From positions 1,054,001-1,114,978 of the forward strand of contig JAWMAR010000578.1 in NCBI GenBank assembly GCA_036785375.1: a DNA stretch of 60,978 nucleotides, written 5' to 3'. The position numbers and the translations under genes were made by a program. This DNA is from Leucoraja ocellata (Eukaryota). A model generated the notes under the pieces. The model was not told the DNA's origin. It saw only the letters and a program-made list of their open reading frames with translations, and searched no databases. This document shows positions 58,413 through 60,978 of this stretch, in pieces (position 1 is the first letter of the stretch; every line of letters starts with the position of its first letter).

Positions 58413-59520
58413 TCTATATTACTAAAAGTCTGATCTTGACCACTTCCTGTTGTTCTGTATATTGATTTTTAGAAAAAAACGCTGCCACAGATGGCTGTGA
58501 TTTTTGGCCATCTTACTTAGAGTCCCCTTCCGCTGCGCAGGACAAGAGGATTTTTCCCATCGATTAAAAATAAAAAGAGTTATTAGTGTTCTAAAAATGT
58601 TGAGATTCCTCTCTCCCGAAGGTACTATGAAGCCCGGAAGTGTTGAGTGCCTCAGTCAGTCTCTGCAAGATGGGGGGGCGAGAGGGTAATGTCTCTCAAT
58701 CTGAGCTGTAAATAAAACTGAACACATGTCTACTAAACTGTGAGTGGTTTTACTGACCTGTCAGTGCCCTTAATGTGGTTTAAAATTATAGTTTGGAAAT
58801 CTGTGCTGCCTTTGGTTTGGAAATGCTAAAGCTGTGTTGCCTAATTTAAAGCTGCCTTGCCTAATTAAAGTTGCCTTGCCTAATTAAAGTTGCCTTGCCT
58901 TCTATATAATAAAAGTCTAATCTTGACCACTTCCCGTTTACGCTTTGTATTGATTTTAGAAACAACGCTACCATGTGTGGCTGTGATGTTTGGACATCTT
59001 ACTCAGAGTACCCCTCCACTCATCAGGTGCCGAGGATTTTTCCCATTGATGAAAAATAAAAGAGTTAATATTAGTGTTTAAAATATGTTGATATTCTCTC
59101 TCCTGTTAATCACGCCATGAAGGCCACGCCCCTTCTGGTGGGAGGGGGTGGGAGGGACTATAAACCCAGAAGTGTGGGCGTGGCTCAGTCTCTGGAAGAT
59201 GGAGGAGGGAGAGGTCACGACTGCTGTCTTTAGTGGCCTTGCACCCTGCTTGAAATGGTATGAAACTGCACTTGAATTTGGTGGCATTGCACCCTGCTTG
59301 AAATGGAATTTCAAGGAATAGCAGTGAGTCAACTGCCAGCCCACCAGCCGTGAGTGAGTGAGTTGCCAGCACAACAGGCATGTGTGACTGAGCCGCCAGC
59401 CCAAGAATCCATGCGGTCCACTATGTCCATACTAGCCCTCTGGAAACCAGTCCCTTCAGCCCTTAACACCATACTAGCGCTCCAGAAAGCCCCCCACCCC
59501 ACTGACCACCAATATTGGTA
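58413..59520 (+). mobile_element. Helitron-like non-autonomous element with an internal ~200-bp duplication
   Basis: Starts A|TCTATATTACTAAAAG. The block 58413-58615 is repeated at about 58902-59103, and ctaattaaagttgccttgc is repeated in tandem. No 3' CTAG hairpin was identified. Confidence 0.45.
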
Positions 59521-60978
59521 TTTGTTGAGAGGTGGGTTACTTGAAGTTGGAGGTCAATATTCATACTGCTGTGGGGTAAGCTTCCCAAGCGAAATATTCG
59601 GTGCTCTTCCTCCAATTTGCACTGAGCCCCACGCTGATGGGGGTGTTAAAGTGTTTAGTAATGGGAGATCTGGTAGGTTTATGCGGAGGTTTATGCTTCG
59701 CTACTAAACTGTGGGAAATCGATTTCCTGTGGTCAATAGGAATAGTACTTAGCGAAGAGAATTTGCAGATAATTGTCCTGGTCAATCTTGTGGATACTTG
59801 ATTTTGAAATAAATTATCCAGATTTGCAGGTATGCGGCCCGCTGCTTGAGTCGGTGGCACAAGTTCATGGAAATTCAGGTGTCAGGGGTAATGGGGAGAA
59901 GACAGGAGAGTGGAGATAGGAGGGAGAGATAGATCACCCATGGTTGAATGGCGGAGTAGACTTGATGGGACGAATGGCCTAATTCTATTCCTATCACTTA
60001 TGACCTTATGACAAGTTAAATTCATTCACAAGAGTTAATGTTATTAAACTATTCACAAGAGCAGTAGATTATAATTTCAGATAAGGGGAAATCGCGCTAT
60101 TGAGAAGCGAGAAGGGATAGGCAAACACGAATAAATTGCCACATTATCCCAAGAGCAAGAGTATACATATGGCCTGTGGCACACTCTGGCATTCACATTA
60201 TTTCACTATGTCATAGGTGCATCAGTGGAAATAATCATAAACAGTTTGCAATTTGTGCACAGTCTTGATATTTATTAAGTTGCATCACCATCCAGTGTGG
60301 ACGATTTAATTCACACCTTTAGTTGAATACAGCACAATGGATTTAATGTAAACAGAAATCTACCTATTTAAGTGACCAAGTGACATACATTTCTGAAGGT
60401 CAGTCTGAAGACGGGATCCAATCCGCAAGGTCGTCTCTCCATTTCCCTCAACAGATATTGCCTGCCTGCTGATTTCTTGCAGTTCAAGATTCCAGCACCT
60501 TCAGTCTCTTGTGACACCATATATTTTTTCGTAATTAATTATCAGGATCTGTTGAAAATCATAATTCATCCAAGACGAATCAATCGTATTTGATTAAATG
60601 ACATTAGTTTTCCATCTATTTATCTGATTGAGTTCATAATGGGACGTACAGGATGAATACAGTGACAAGTGGGCGCACTGTTTCAGCATCCAGAACACAG
60701 TCCGCAGGGAGCTGCATGGACGGTTACTACACATTAAGATATTTGAGACTGTCATTGCTGGGATCATGAGAAAAACAGCAAAGCGCTGGAGGAACTCAGC
60801 AGGCGATGCAGCATCTGTGGAGGGAATGGGCAGACGACGTGTCAGGTTAGAACCCTTCTTCAGAATAGTGTGGATTAAGCTGGAAGATAGCTGGGGTGGG
60901 CCAAAACCGATCCAGTGATAGGTGGATGCAGTTGATGGGTGAAATTGTCATGTCGAGAAGGCGGCGGTTGTATATGTA

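Overview
Repeat-rich vertebrate DNA, most likely from a cartilaginous fish such as a skate or ray. This is inferred from the HER1-type CR1 LINEs, HE1/V-SINEs and abundant Penelope fragments. The window holds a tandem, minus-strand cluster of spliced Ig-superfamily receptor genes, which I rebuilt exon by exon from GT/AG sites and splice phases. Each gene is leader - germline-joined VJ-type V domain - one C1-set domain - TM - cytoplasmic tail, like a non-rearranging antigen-receptor chain (SIRP/NKp30-like). Gene A (46490-53303, 348 aa) and gene B (33467-40122, about 346 aa) have long tails with ITIM/ITSM motifs, so they look inhibitory. Gene C (7910-17185, 290 aa) has an Arg near the N-terminal end of its TM and a short tail with no ITIM, so it looks activating. 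A broken orphan C1 exon lies at 23511-23779. A conserved non-coding block with RUNX, NFAT and CRE-like motifs sits upstream of each gene. A fourth copy at about 1.8 kb predicts another paralogue left of the window. The rest is CR1, Rex1, L1, Penelope (with minimal hammerhead-ribozyme motifs), V-SINE, Harbinger-like and Helitron-like repeats.
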